From: Raja brachyura
Taxonomy: Eukaryota
Assembly (NCBI GenBank): GCA_963514005.1
Contig: OY740783.1
Span: 129,146,001-129,210,000, forward strand
DNA: 64,000 nucleotides
Direction: 5' to 3'
Every line of letters starts with the position of its first letter. Position 1 is the stretch's first letter. Positions 22,373-33,870 of this stretch are shown piece after piece. Made by a program: the position numbers and the translations under genes. Below the pieces are notes generated by a model, which was not told the origin of the DNA, made no database searches, and worked only from the letters and a program-made list of their open reading frames with translations.

Positions 22373-23377
22373 TCAGCGCCACGTGGTGATGTCCTCGCTG
22401 TGCGGGCAGGCGGTCCAAGCCCGCACCATCCTCTGGTGGGCCAGCTGCTGCTGCGTGGCGCTGAGGTGATGGATGACCATCAGGTACCTGTAGTTGCACA
22501 CCCTCCATCCCACGTTGTGCTTGGCGAAGCGGGGACTGGCCAGCGGCAAAACGCCCGACGCCTCCGCCAGGATCCCCACGTAGGCGTCCTCCACGGGAAT
22601 GGGGCGGGTTCTGGCCGCCTCCTCCAGCAGGGCTTGCGCCACGTCCAAGGACAGCACGTAGCCCACCCCGCTGGTGTAAGCGGGGTAGACCTCCCGACCG
22701 TAGTCCCGCCAAGACACGTACCACTTGCTGGACGGGTCGCGGATGACCTGCCTCCGCTCGGCCGGGAAGAGGGACCCGGCGTAGAGTCCAGTCCGGACTG
22801 GGTTGTCCCGGACCAGGAAGCCGGGGAGCCGGTCGGTGTTGACGAAGCAGTCGTCGTCGGTCTTGAGCAGGTAGACGGGGCGGCAAGTGCCAGTGGCCCA
22901 CTTCAGGCCATGCATCACCTTCAGGGTCAGGTTCCTGTAGGTGTCCAGGTAGCTCCCCAGCAGCAGGTCCCCAAACTCGCCCTGCTCCGCCCGCAGGAAG
23001 GCGGCCACCTGCTCCTCCGGGGGACGTCCAACTAGGAAGACCACCTGCCAGGAGAAGGGGCTGGGCAGTCGGTGGCGCCCCCATGTGTTGCGGATGGCGT
23101 CCCGGCGCCCTACATTGGACGGGGCGGAGGTCACCAGCACCATCAGGTCCTGTCCACGCCGGCAAGGCGGCGCCCCTTCCGTCCGGCTGAGCAACACCGT
23201 GAAGTCTACCCCCCCGTTCTCCGCTGGCTCTCCACGCCGCTCCAGGACCTTGCCCCTCGCCCGGCCACCGGGCCTCCCGCTCAGTTTCCCAGGATCTCGG
23301 AAAACTAGGACGAGGAAGGCAGCAGACGCAGAGAGCAACGCGAGGGAAAAAGCCTTAAAGCAAGTTCTTAGCTTCAT
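22373..23377 (-). CDS. Glycosyltransferase family 31 (beta-1,3-galactosyltransferase-like), intronless CDS, 334 aa
   Basis: ATG at 23377 (MKLRTC..); type II TM segment FSLALLSASAAFLVLVF; GT31 motifs LVTSAP.N..RRDAIRNTWG, DTYRNLTLKV, LLKTDDDCFVN (DxD), VIRDPSSKWYV, YPAYTSGVGYVLS, EDAYVG; no stops or frameshifts. Confidence 0.93.
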   Translation of the reverse strand: MKLRTCFKAFSLALLSASAAFLVLVFRDPGKLSGRPGGRARGKVLERRGEPAENGGVDFTVLLSRTEGAPPCRRGQDLMVLVTSAPSNVGRRDAIRNTWGRHRLPSPFSWQVVFLVGRPPEEQVAAFLRAEQGEFGDLLLGSYLDTYRNLTLKVMHGLKWATGTCRPVYLLKTDDDCFVNTDRLPGFLVRDNPVRTGLYAGSLFPAERRQVIRDPSSKWYVSWRDYGREVYPAYTSGVGYVLSLDVAQALLEEAARTRPIPVEDAYVGILAEASGVLPLASPRFAKHNVGWRVCNYRYLMVIHHLSATQQQLAHQRMVRAWTACPHSEDITTWR

Positions 23378-23560
23378 CGATCTGATACAGTGCAACGAGA
23401 GAGGATGGCTGGTGATCTTATTGGGGCTTGTTGCTCATTTGAAGAGTTATATCTGGAAGCACAATGTTCAATCCTCTCAACGCAGCCAGTCATATCACAA
23501 CGGCTCTTAGTTCTTTGAAGAGAGCTGATGTCCAGAGATGCAAGTTTCAATCTCACCAAT

Positions 23561-23896
23561 GCTGGGAGTGGATGGTGAGAAGATGTTGCCACTAGTGGGA
23601 GAGTCTAGGACCAGAGACGATAGTCTCAGAATACCTTTTGATGTACCTTTTGAAAGTGGTTTAGATAAGGATGATTTTTTTTTCAGTCAGAGGGTGGTGA
23701 ATCTGTGGAATTCATTGCCACAGACAGCTGTGGAGGCCGCCATTGGGTATTTTGAAGGTAGGCATTGACAGATTCTTGATTAGTATGGTCAGGGGTTAAG
23801 GGGACAAGGCAGGTGAATGGGGTTGAGAGGGAATGATAGATCAGCCATGAATGAATGGCCAAATTGACTTGATGGGCCAAATGGCCTAATTCTGTT
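23561..23896 (+). mobile_element. CR1 3' fragment with probable TSD CCAATGC
   Basis: GGAGAGTCTAGGACCAGAG, RVVNLWNSLPQ and the CR1 tail; CCAATGC on both sides. Confidence 0.8.
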
Positions 23897-24454
23897 CCAA
23901 TGCAGCCAAGGAGAATGTATTTTAGTAGCTGATAATTCACTCGAAGAGTTCATTTCCTGAGGTAAAGATTTCAATTCCACCAATGCAGCCAGGAAGAAGA
24001 TGCGTCATATTTTCACGGCCCAGAGTTCACTTGAAGAGTTTAAATCCAGAGGCGCAAGTTTCAGTCCCAAAGAAGCTCAGGGATCCGATTTGAGTAATTT
24101 TGTTAAGGTTGGTAACAATGCATCATCTCTAAATCCCAGCAGGAATAAGCAACTGTTGTTCTTCCCAATAGTTGCCACCTCAGTGTGGGGGCAATCCCGG
24201 ATGGGCAACCAATGGCGGCACTTCCGGCCACATCCATGTCCCACCAAGGTACACGTTATAAATGGTGTTCACTTTCACGCCGGCTGGCTGAGGGGGAAGG
24301 GAGGTCGTGGAAGTTGAAGTCGCTGCACCTACCCAGTCTTTGCTCCGTGTCTCCACCCCGACTTGTGGCCTCGGGAAATCCCAATCGAGTCCGCATCCGA
24401 ATAAAGATGGCCGACAAAATCCAGAGAAGGAACCACTTGGGCAAAGAAAAGGGA

Positions 24455-24765
24455 AGTTTAGTTTAGAGATACAGCATGGAAACAGGCCCTTTCGGCCCAC
24501 CCGGTCCGCGTCCACTAGCGATCCCCCAAATATTAATGAACACTATCTTACACACACACACACACTAGGGACAATGTTTTTGACATTTACCAAGCCAATT
24601 AAGCTACATACCTGTATGTCTTTGGAGCATGGGAGGAAAGTGAAGATTTCGGAGTTCTCCCGCGCAGGTCACGTACAAACTACGTACAGACAGCACCCGT
24701 AGTCGGGATCGAACCTGGGTCTCCGGCGCTGCAAGTGCTGGAAAGCAGCACTTCTACACCACTGT
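24455..24765 (-). mobile_element. V-SINE/HE1-type SINE
   Basis: Reverse complement of the SINE tail (TTTAGTTTAGAGATACAGC..GAAACAGGCCC) through the B box (GGATCGAACC). Confidence 0.85.
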
Positions 24766-25317
24766 CAATAGAACAACAGAGGAGGAGGATTGAACTTTGG
24801 TGCCTTCCCTCACAGTGGGAAACTTTGATTACGCTGTGTGGGGATGGTTATGTTAAAGACTATGGTTTTAAAATAAAATAAAAGGTTATTGTTATCAGCG
24901 TATTATTGTCACTATACAGTGAAAAACGTGGTTTTGCGTCCTATCCAGGCATATCACACCATACAGGAGTACATCAGGTAGGGAAAGAGAGTGCAGTAAA
25001 TAATGGTACAGCAACAGATTTTTTTAAAGTGCAAGGGGTGCAATGAGGTAGATTGGAACATCAGAAATTTAGTTTGCTGTAGTTTATTGTGACGTGTACC
25101 GAGGCACAGTGAAAAGCAAACCAACCTCCCTTCCATCATGTTCATTTGCACCTCACGCTGCCTCGGTGAGGCCAGCAGCATAATCAAGGACGAGTCGCAC
25201 CCTGGCCCGCCCTCTTCACCCCTCTGGCAAAAAGTACAACTGAGCGAAAACGCACACCTCCAGATTCACGGACCGTTTCTTCCCAGCTGCCATCAAGCAA
25301 CAAAACCATCCGGCCGA

Positions 25318-25624
25318 AGGGCCTGTCCCACTGTACGAGCTAATTCAAGAGTTCTCCCGAGTTTCCCCAGATTCGAACTCGGAGAATTACGCTAATAGCC
25401 GCTCGCAGGTACTCGGGGCTCTCGTGGACATTTTTCAACATGTTGAAAAAACTTCACGAGCTTACTGCGTTTCCCGAGTACCTGCCGTTAGCGTTATGAG
25501 CCGCTAAGAGACGTCCCGAGCTCTGACGTACCCGCTACGTACATTCTACGTACTTACCACGAGTTTGATTTTTTTTTTAACTCGGGAGAGCTCTTGGGTA
25601 AACTGTTATAATGAGACAGGCCCT
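25318..25624. mobile_element. MITE, same TIR family as 17866-18063
   Basis: AGGGCCTGTCCCACTGTA ... TATAATGAGACAGGCCCT; inner inverted repeat GAGTTCTCCCGAGTT / AACTCGGGAGAGCTC; nested in a Rex1 3' end. Confidence 0.8.
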
Positions 25625-25883
25625 CAACAACGAGAGTGCAGTCCTGAGCTACTATCTATCTACATCATTGGGGACCCTCGGACTACCTTTGATCAGACTT
25701 CGCTGGACTTTATCTTGCACTAAACGTTATTATCCTGCATCTGGACGCTGTGGACGGCTCGATTGTAATCGCGTATTGTCTTTCCGCTGATTGGATAATA
25801 GGCAACAAAAGCTTTTCCCTGTACCTCGGTACACGTGACAATAAACTAAAATAAAGTGCGATCCAGCCCACTCCCGCAGAATC

Positions 25884-26548
25884 CGCACTCTCCCAGTACC
25901 CGTCCCGCACTCTCACAGTACCCGTCCCGCACTCTCACAGTACCCGTCCCGCACTCTCCCAGTACCCGTCCCGCACTCTCCCAGTACCCGTCCCGCACTC
26001 TCCCAGTACCCGTCCCGCACTCTCCCAGTACCCGTCCCGCACTCTCCCAGTACCCGTCCCGCACTCTCCCAGTACCCGTCCCGCACTCTCCCAGTACCCG
26101 TCCCGCACTCTCCCAGTACCCGTCCCGCACTCTCCCAGTACCCGTCCCGCACTCTCCCAGTACCCGTCCCGCACTCTCCCAGTACCCGTCCCGCACTCTC
26201 CCAGTACCCGTCCCGCACTCTCACAGTACCCGTCCCGCACTCTCCCAGTACCCGTCCCGCACTCTCCCAGTACCCGTCCCGCACTCTCACAGTACCTGTC
26301 CCTGTACTCCCACAGTACCCGTCCCGCACTCTCCCAGTACCCGTCCCACACTCCCACAGTACCCGTCCCGCACTCTCACAGTACCAGTCCCGCACTCTCA
26401 CAGTACCCGTCCCGCACTCTCACAGTACCCGTCCCGCACTCTCACAGTACCCGTCCCGCACTCTCACAGTACCCGTCCCGCACTCTCACAGTACCCGTCC
26501 CGCACTCTCACAGTACCCGTCCCGCACTCTCACAGTACCCGTCCCGCA
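25884..26548. repeat. 22-bp minisatellite CAGTACCCGTCCCGCACTCTC(C/A), about 30 copies
   Basis: Direct inspection; degenerate C-rich continuation to ~27060. Confidence 0.96.
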
Positions 26549-27083
26549 GCTCCGCCCTGCAGAACCCGCACCCTCCCAGCATTGCTCCCACAGAATCCAC
26601 ACCCTCCTAGTGCCGCTCCCCGCACACAAGGCAGGGCTTTTTTCACACAAAGGGTGGTGAGTGTATGGAACAAGCTGCCAGAGGAGGTAGTTGAGGCAGG
26701 GACTATCCCATTGTTTAAGAAACAGTTAGACAGGTACATGGATAGGACAGGTTTGGGTTGGGGAATATGGATCAAGCGCAGGCAGGTGGGACTAGTATAG
26801 CTGGGACATTTTGGGCCGATGGGCCTGTTTCCATACTGTGCGACTCCCGCACTTTCCCAGCACCCGCTCACCGCTGAATCCACACATCCCCCGCACCGCT
26901 CCCCGCAGAAACCGCACACTCCCCGCACATTCCCAGCACCGCTCCTCGCACACTCCCAGCACCGCTCCCGCAGACACAGCATTCCTCCTGCACTACCCCA
27001 GCACCGCTCCCAGCAGAATCCCCACCCGCCCACCCAGCCAGCGCCGTTCCCGCAGACCCAGCAACCAGCCACACTTGCCCCAC

Positions 27084-27275
27084 CTGCTCCTGCAGGAAGC
27101 CGCTGGGGAGAGCGGTGACCAGCAGCCAAAGATCACAGAGCGGAGCTGCCTTTTGCCAGCAACTTCTCCGCTCACCCACCAACTCTCGGCTGCCCCCCCG
27201 ATCGGCAGCCGCTGCAACCAACCACAGACCGATCGACCGACGTCCCGGGGCGGAGGCGGGTTCTCTGCGACCCTG
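27084..27275 (-). promoter_or_regulatory. Putative promoter and non-coding first exon of the GT31 gene
   Basis: CpG-rich unique sequence, GC boxes GGGGCGGAGGCGGG (~27247-27260), minus-strand donor CAG|GTGGGG at 27084/27083. Confidence 0.4.
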
Positions 27276-27939
27276 GGAACTGGGAACACACTCAGTCCAT
27301 TGAAACCCAATCAACGAAGCCTCGACTCACTTCAAATGAAAGTCACGCAAGGATTTTAAAAACTTCTTTTCAAGTTCCCGGCTCCCATAAAGCCGGGCTT
27401 TGATACTGCTGCCTGTAGCATGTATGCTTTGAAAGATTGGCGTTAGAATCGTTTTTAACTGGAATCTGATCTCACTCCGCAGAGGCTGAATATTTTAGAT
27501 TTGGGTTCACTTTGTAAATAATCTCAGCACCGCCCTGCCCAGCATAACAACGCCAACCCACGGACAAATTCCACCGCAAATCTACAAAGAAACCACAAGA
27601 CAAACTCTGCAAACAGACTCAAACTCAGTTAAAATCCCTCAGGCAAGCCCCAACAAATGCCCAGAAACTCAGCGAAATAAATGACTCACATAAACTATTG
27701 CAAAAAAAAAAACTGCAAAAAAAGTTCAGACTAACTCAGATAAAAAAAATATCAAACTCAGTTTAAAGGTTTAGGTTCAGGATTATGTACTGTCACGTGT
27801 ATCGAGGTACAGCGAAAAACATTGTGATCAGCCATGGTCATATTGAATGGCAGTGCAGGCTTGAAGGGCCGAATGGCCTACTGCACCTAATTTCTATGCT
27901 TCTATGTTTCTATTGTTTTGTATGCTATCCAAACAGATC

Positions 27940-28435
27940 AATAGACAATAGGTGCAGGAGTAAGCCATTCGGCCCTTCGAGCCAGCATCGCCATTCAATG
28001 TGATCACGGCTGATTATCCACAATCAGTACCCCGTTCCTGCCTTCTCCCCATATCCCCTGCTTTTTTTAAAGAGCCCTATCTAGCTCTCTCTTGAAAGCA
28101 TCCAGAGAACCTGCCTCCACCGCCCTCTGAAGCAGAGAATTCCACAGACTCACCACTCTCTGTGAGAAAAAGTGTTTCCTCGTCTCCGTTCTAAATGGCT
28201 TACTCCTTATTCTTAAACGGTGGCCCCTGGTTCTGGACTCCCCCAACATCGGGAACATGTTTCCTGCCTCTAGCGTGTCCAAGCCCTTAACAATCTTATA
28301 TGTTTCAATGAGATATCCTCTCACCCTTCTAAACTCCAGAGAGTACAAGCCCAGCTGCTCCATTCTCTCAGCATATGACAGTCCCGGCATCCCTGGAATT
28401 AACCTTGTAAACCTACGCTGCACTCCCTCAGCATT
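27940..28435 (-). mobile_element. CR1 (HER1-like) LINE 3' fragment
   Basis: ORF 28067-28447 VQRRFTRLIPG..LGLYSLEFRR..LWNSL. Confidence 0.9.
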
Positions 28436-29185
28436 GCTGGGTGGCACGGTGGATCAGTGATAGACTTGCTGCCTTACAGCGCTTGCAGCGCCGGAAACCC
28501 GGGTTCGATCCCGACTATGGGTGCTGTCTTTACGGAGTTTGCACATTCTCCCCGTGACCCGAGTGGATTTTATCCGAGATCTTCGGTTTCCTCCAAGACC
28601 ACCTCCCATGAATCCAACTCCGTCCCGAGGACGGAGCCAGCCTTCCTGGTGAGTTTGTTAATTCTATCGGTGTCCCCGGCCTTCGCCCTGCTACCCCAAT
28701 ACACGGCAGCCAACAATATGGGACTGGCTACTTACTGCAGACATTAAAGGAGTGGCGCCTTCTCAAAAAGTACAGCAGGCTCTCCCCTTCTTGTCCAGGG
28801 CCACGTGCACTAGCTCTCTCTTTCATACCGGGGACAGTTTACAGAAGTCAATTAACCTTCAAATCTCAACGTTTTTTGACTGTGGGAGGAAGTTAGAACA
28901 CCCAGGGAAAACCCACGCAGGTCACGGGGAGAACATACAAACTCTGTACAGACTCCCCACTCCCAAGACAAATCAGCAAAAATCTAGCAAAAAAACGTCG
29001 TTTAGTTTAGCGATACAGCATGGAAACAGGCCATTCGGCGCACCGAGTCCGCGCCGACCAGCCATTCCCGTACACTAACACTAACCTGCACACCAGGGAC
29101 AATTTATAATTTTTTTTGGGGGTTACACAAAAAGCTGGAGAAACTCAGCGGGTGCAGCAGCATCTAAGGAGCGAAGGAGATAGGC

Positions 29186-29213
29186 GACGTTTCGGGTCGA
29201 GACCCTTCTTCAG
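29186..29213 (-). ncRNA. Minimal hammerhead-ribozyme-like motif, copy 1
   Basis: Minus strand CUGAAGA-A-GGGUC UC GACCC-GAAACGUC: conserved core, stem II and palindromic ACGU in place of stem III; stem I weak. Confidence 0.55.
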
Positions 29214-29363
29214 ACTGGTCAGGGATCAGGGAAACGAGAGATATAAACAGTGATGTGGAGAGATAAGGAACAATGAGTGAAAGATATGCAAAAAAGTGGG
29301 TTACACAAAAAGGTGGAGAAACTCAGCGGGTGCAGCAGCATCTAAGGAGCGAAGGAGATAGGC

Positions 29364-29391
29364 GACGTTTCGGGTCGAGACCCTTCTTCAG
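29364..29391 (-). ncRNA. Minimal hammerhead-ribozyme-like motif, copy 2
   Basis: Identical 28-mer 178 bp from copy 1. Confidence 0.55.
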
Positions 29392-29557
29392 ACGGGTCAA
29401 AAAAGTAATGGTGATAAAGGAAGCAGGCCATTGTAAGCTGTTTGTGGTGTGAAAATGAGAAGCTAGTGCGACTGGGGGGGGGGGGGGGGGGGGGGAGATG
29501 GAGAAGGAATGTCAGGGCCAGAGGGCTGAGGGAGAGGTGGGGGGGAGGCAGTCTGGG

Positions 29558-31735
29558 TTAACAGAATTGAGAAAATTCAATGTTTAAGCCCAGAGGATGC
29601 AGACTCCCCAAGCGGAATATGAGGTGCTGTTCCTCCAACTTGCGGTGTTGATCACTCTGGCCGTGGAGGAGGCCCAGGACCGAGAGGTCGGATACGCAGT
29701 GGGAGGGGGAGTTGAAGTGCTGAGCCACCGGGAGGTCGGGTTGGTTATTGCGGACCGAGCGGAGGTGTTCGGCGAAACGATCGCCCAGCCTCCGCTTGGT
29801 CTCACCGATGTAGATCAGCTGGCATCTGGAGCAACGGATGCAGTAGATGAGGTTGGAGGAGGTGCAGGTGAACCTCTGTCGGACTTGGAATGACTGCTTG
29901 GGTCCCTGAAAGGAGTGGATGGGGGAGGTGAAGGGACAAGTGTAGCATCTCTTGCGGTTGCAAGGGAAAGTGCCCGGGGAAGGAGTGGAGCGGGAGGGAA
30001 GGGAAGAATTGACGAGGGAGTTGCGGAGGGAGCGGTCTTTGCGGAAGGCAGACAGGGGGGGAGATGGGAAGATGTGGCGAGTGGAGGGGTCACGTTGGAG
30101 GTGACGAAACTGGCGGAGGACTATCTGTTGTATGCGCTGGCTGGTGGGGTGAAAGGTGAGGACCAGGGGGACTCGGCCCTTGTTGTGAGTGGGGGAATGG
30201 GGAGAGAGGGCAGTGTTGCGGGGTATGGAGGAGACCCTGGTGCGAGCCTCATCTATAGTGGGGGAGGGGAAACCCCGTTCTCTGAAGAACGAGGACATTT
30301 GCGATGACCTGGTGTGGAACACGTCATCCTGGGAGCAGATGCGGCGTAGACGGAGGAATTGGGAATAGGGGATGGAGTCCTTACAGGAAGCAGGGTGGGA
30401 GGAAGAGTAGTCCAGGTAGCTGTGGGAGTCAGTTGGTTTGTAGTGGATGTCAGTCAGGAGTGTATCACCTGCAATAGAGATGGTGAGGTCAAGGAATGGT
30501 AGGGAAATGTCGGAAATGGTCCAAGTATATTTGATTGCCGGATGGAAGTTGGTGGTGAAATGGATGAAGTCAGTCAGTTCTGCGTGGGTGCAGGAGGTGA
30601 CACCAAAGCAGTCGTCAATGTAACGGAGGTAAAGGTCGGGGGTGGGGCCCTGGTACGCCGAGAACAAAGATTGTTCGACGTGCCCGACAAAGAGGCAGGC
30701 GTAGCTAGGGCCCATGCGTGTGCCCATAGCTACGCCTTGTGTTTGGAGGAAATGGGAGGAGTCAAAAGAGAAGTTGTTGAGGGTAAGGACCAACTCCGCT
30801 AGGCGGAGGAGGGCATCAGTGGATGGGTATGGGTTGCTCCTCTGGTCGAGGAAGTACCGGAGGGCTTTGAGACCATCCTAGTGGGGGATGCAGGTGTATA
30901 GTGACTGGACGTCCATGGTGAAGATGAGAGGATGGGGGCCTGGACAACGGAATGTGCGGAGCCGACGGAGAGTGTCTGAGGTGTCTTGAACATAGGTGGG
31001 GAGGGATTTAACAAAGGGGGATAGGATGGAGTCAAGGTATGTGGAAATGTGTTCGGTGGGGCACGAACAGGCAGAGACAATGGGTCTGCCGGGGCAGTCG
31101 GGTTTGTGGATTTTGGGGAGAAGGTAAAATCGGGCTGTGCGGGGCTGGGGAACGATGAGGTTGGAGGCTCGGGGGGGTAGGGAGCCGGAGTTGATGAAGC
31201 CGGTTATGGTGCTCGAGATGGTGGCCTGGTGCTCGTCAGTGGGGTCATGGTCCAGGGGTAAGTAGGAGGAGGTGTCCGAGAGTTGGCGCGTGGCCTCTGC
31301 TTTGTAGAGATCGACGCGCCAGACTACCACAGCACCTCCCTTGTCGGCGGGTTTGATAACCCAGTCTGGGTTGTTGCGGAGTGAGTCGATGGCAATACGT
31401 TCGGAGGGGGAGAGATTGGAGTGAGACAGGGGAGTGGAGAAGTCGAGGCGGTTGATGTCCCGACGGCAGTTCTGAATAAAGAGTTCTAAAGCTGGAGGGC
31501 CACGAGGGGGGGTCCACGAGGAGGGGGTACGTGGGAGACAGGAAAAGGGATCATCAGTGGGGGGCGAGCACTTGTTCCCGTGGAAAAACGCTGTGAGGCG
31601 GAAGCGACGGTAGAAGAGCTCCAAGTCGTGGTGGGCGAAAAACTCATTGAGGTGGGGACGGAGGGGGAGAAAGGTAAGACCTCTGCTGAGGACCGACCAT
31701 TCGGTGTCGGAGAGGGGGAGGTCCGGGGGGATCAT
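29558..31735 (-). pseudogene. Penelope-type reverse transcriptase plus GIY-YIG endonuclease ORF with a single in-frame TAG (30878-30880), 5'-truncated
   Basis: IKPADKGGAVVVW, FYLLPKIHK..GRPIVS, TMDVQSLYT, GVAMGTRMGP, LRYIDD, LPFLD, NLIYCIRC..QLIYIGETKRRLGDRFAEH, GLN; ORFs 30878-31759 and 29558-30793 are in the same frame. Confidence 0.93.
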
Positions 31736-33414
31736 TGAGGTGGGGACGGAGGGGGACAAAGGTAAGACCTCTGCTGAGGACCGACCTTTCGGTGTCGGAG
31801 AGGGGGAGGTCCGGGGGGATGCTGAGGTTGGTTATAAAGGAAGCTTGCTTGGTTATAAAGGAAGCAGGCCATTGTAAGCTGTTTGTGGTGTGAAAATGAG
31901 AAGCTAGTGTGACTGGGGGGGGGGGGGGGGGGGGGGGTGGAGATGGAGAAGGAATGTCAGGGCCAGAGGGCTGAGGGAGAGGTGGGGGGGAGGCAGTCTG
32001 GGTTAACAGAATTGAGAAAATTCAATGTTTAAGCCCAGAGGATGCAGACTCCCCAAGCGGAATATGAGGTGCTGTTCCTCCAACTTGCGGTGTTGATCAC
32101 TCTGGCCGTGGAGGAGGCCCAGGACCGAGAGGTCGGATACGGAGTGGGAGGGGGAAGTTGAAGTGCTGAGCCACCGGGAGGTCGGGTTGGTTATTGCGGA
32201 CCGAGCGGAGATGTTCGGCGAAACGATCGCCCAGCCTCCGCTTCGTCTCACGTCTTCGTCTAATTTTTTTTTACTGAAGCCAAATTAATGGACAAACATG
32301 TACGTCTTTGTTAAGTGTGGCAGGAAATCAGAGCACCCGGTTTCCTCCCACGCAATCACAGGGAGAACGTACAAACTCCGTGCAGACAGCACCCCTGGTC
32401 AGGATTGAACCTAGGGCTCTGGCGCTGTGAGGCAGCAACGCTACCACGGCTCCACCATGCCACTGATAGTAAACTCAGAAAATAAACATCATACTGAGTT
32501 GAAACCCCTCAGGCAAATGCAGCGCATGCTGATAAGCTAAGAAAAACAAAACAATTTCTGCAAGCAACCGGCAAAAAAGCCCTTTAGACAAACTAAAACA
32601 ACTCTTAAGCTTAATTCACAACCCTCAGACAAACCTAAGCGGATGCCCACAAACTCCAGAAAAAAAAAAACACAAGCTCTGAAGAAACTCAACAAAAAGC
32701 TTCGGTCAAACTCAGTAAAAGCTTTGAAACTCCCCAGCAAATGCCCACAAATTGCAGAAGAACAAAACCGAAAGACAAACTCTGCAAAAGGACCCCCCCC
32801 CCCACCCAGAAAAGCCAAAAAGTCAATAAAAAACAAAAACCCTAAGAAATCCCCAGCAAACACCCAGAAGCAAAAAATACTCAACTGTGTAAACTCCCTG
32901 CTAAAGAACTATAGACGTCAGTGGAAATGCTCAGCATAAAGCCAGGGAAATGCTCAGCCTAAAGTTTCACACAGACTCTGCATCAACCCAGCTGAAACTA
33001 CAAGACAGGTCCAGCATGAATTCAGCACGACAAGTCTCAACGCATTGAGTGCGCTGATGAAACCAAGCAACGCAAGTTTCAGCACAAAGACGGGGCCGTG
33101 GCCGTACCCTGCTCTGGCACACAAAGAGTGAGGGGAGGACATGTTGGCATCAGGTGTGAAGGGGCAGAGTTGTCACAAAGGGAGCAGTCCCTGCAAAGGC
33201 AGCAAGACGGGGGTGCATGGATTTGGTGGGGGAGGAGCAGGGGAGTCAAATGTTGCATTCCTGGGCAATAACATCTCAGATGACCTTTACTGGGGCCCAG
33301 CACATATACATAAATCATGAAGAAGGCTCGCCAGTGTCTCTACATACAGTTCAGTCTGAAGAAGATCCTCGACTCGAAACATCACCTATTCCTTTTCTCC
33401 ACAGATGCTGCCTG

Positions 33415-33870
33415 ACTCAAGTCAAGAGTCAAGTCAAGAGAATTCATTGTCATGTATCCCAGATTCTTGCTTTGCATCAGCACAACGGAAAAGAGTAGGC
33501 ATGAATACAGAACAGATCAGTGTGTCCATATACCATTATATAAATATATACACACATCAATAAATAAGCAGATAAAATGCAAATAAACAGATAATGGTCT
33601 ATTAATGTTCAGAGATTTGTTTCAGTTGAGTTAATAGACTCATGGCTGTGGGGAAGCAGCTGTTTCTGAACCTGGTCGTTGCAGTCTTCAGGCTCCTGTA
33701 CCTTGTACCTGAAGGTAGCGGGGAGATGAGTGTGTGGCCAGGATGCTGTAGGTCCTTGATGATGCTGGCAGCCTTTTTGAGGCAGCGACTGCGATAGATC
33801 CCCTCGATGGTAGGGAGGTCAGAGCCGATGACGGACTGGGCAGTGTTTACTACTTTTTGTAGTCTTTACT
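33415..33870 (-). mobile_element. Rex1/Babar LINE 3' fragment
   Basis: Reverse complement of the family at 20131-20403; (TCAAG)-type tail at 33415-33440. Confidence 0.8.

Larger units (their letters stand above)
29118..32260 (-). mobile_element. Penelope-like retroelement with pseudo-LTR, inserted in a V-SINE
   Basis: RT/GIY-YIG ORF; 3' region 29414-29810 duplicated upstream at 31854-32251; SINE halves at ~28995-29117 and ~32261-32465 with TAATTTTTTTT on both sides. Confidence 0.92.

Noticed and set aside
25846-26800. Repetitive ORFs (RVRDGYWESAG, PVPHSPSTRP)
   Set aside because: Translations of the 22-bp minisatellite running into a CR1 fragment.
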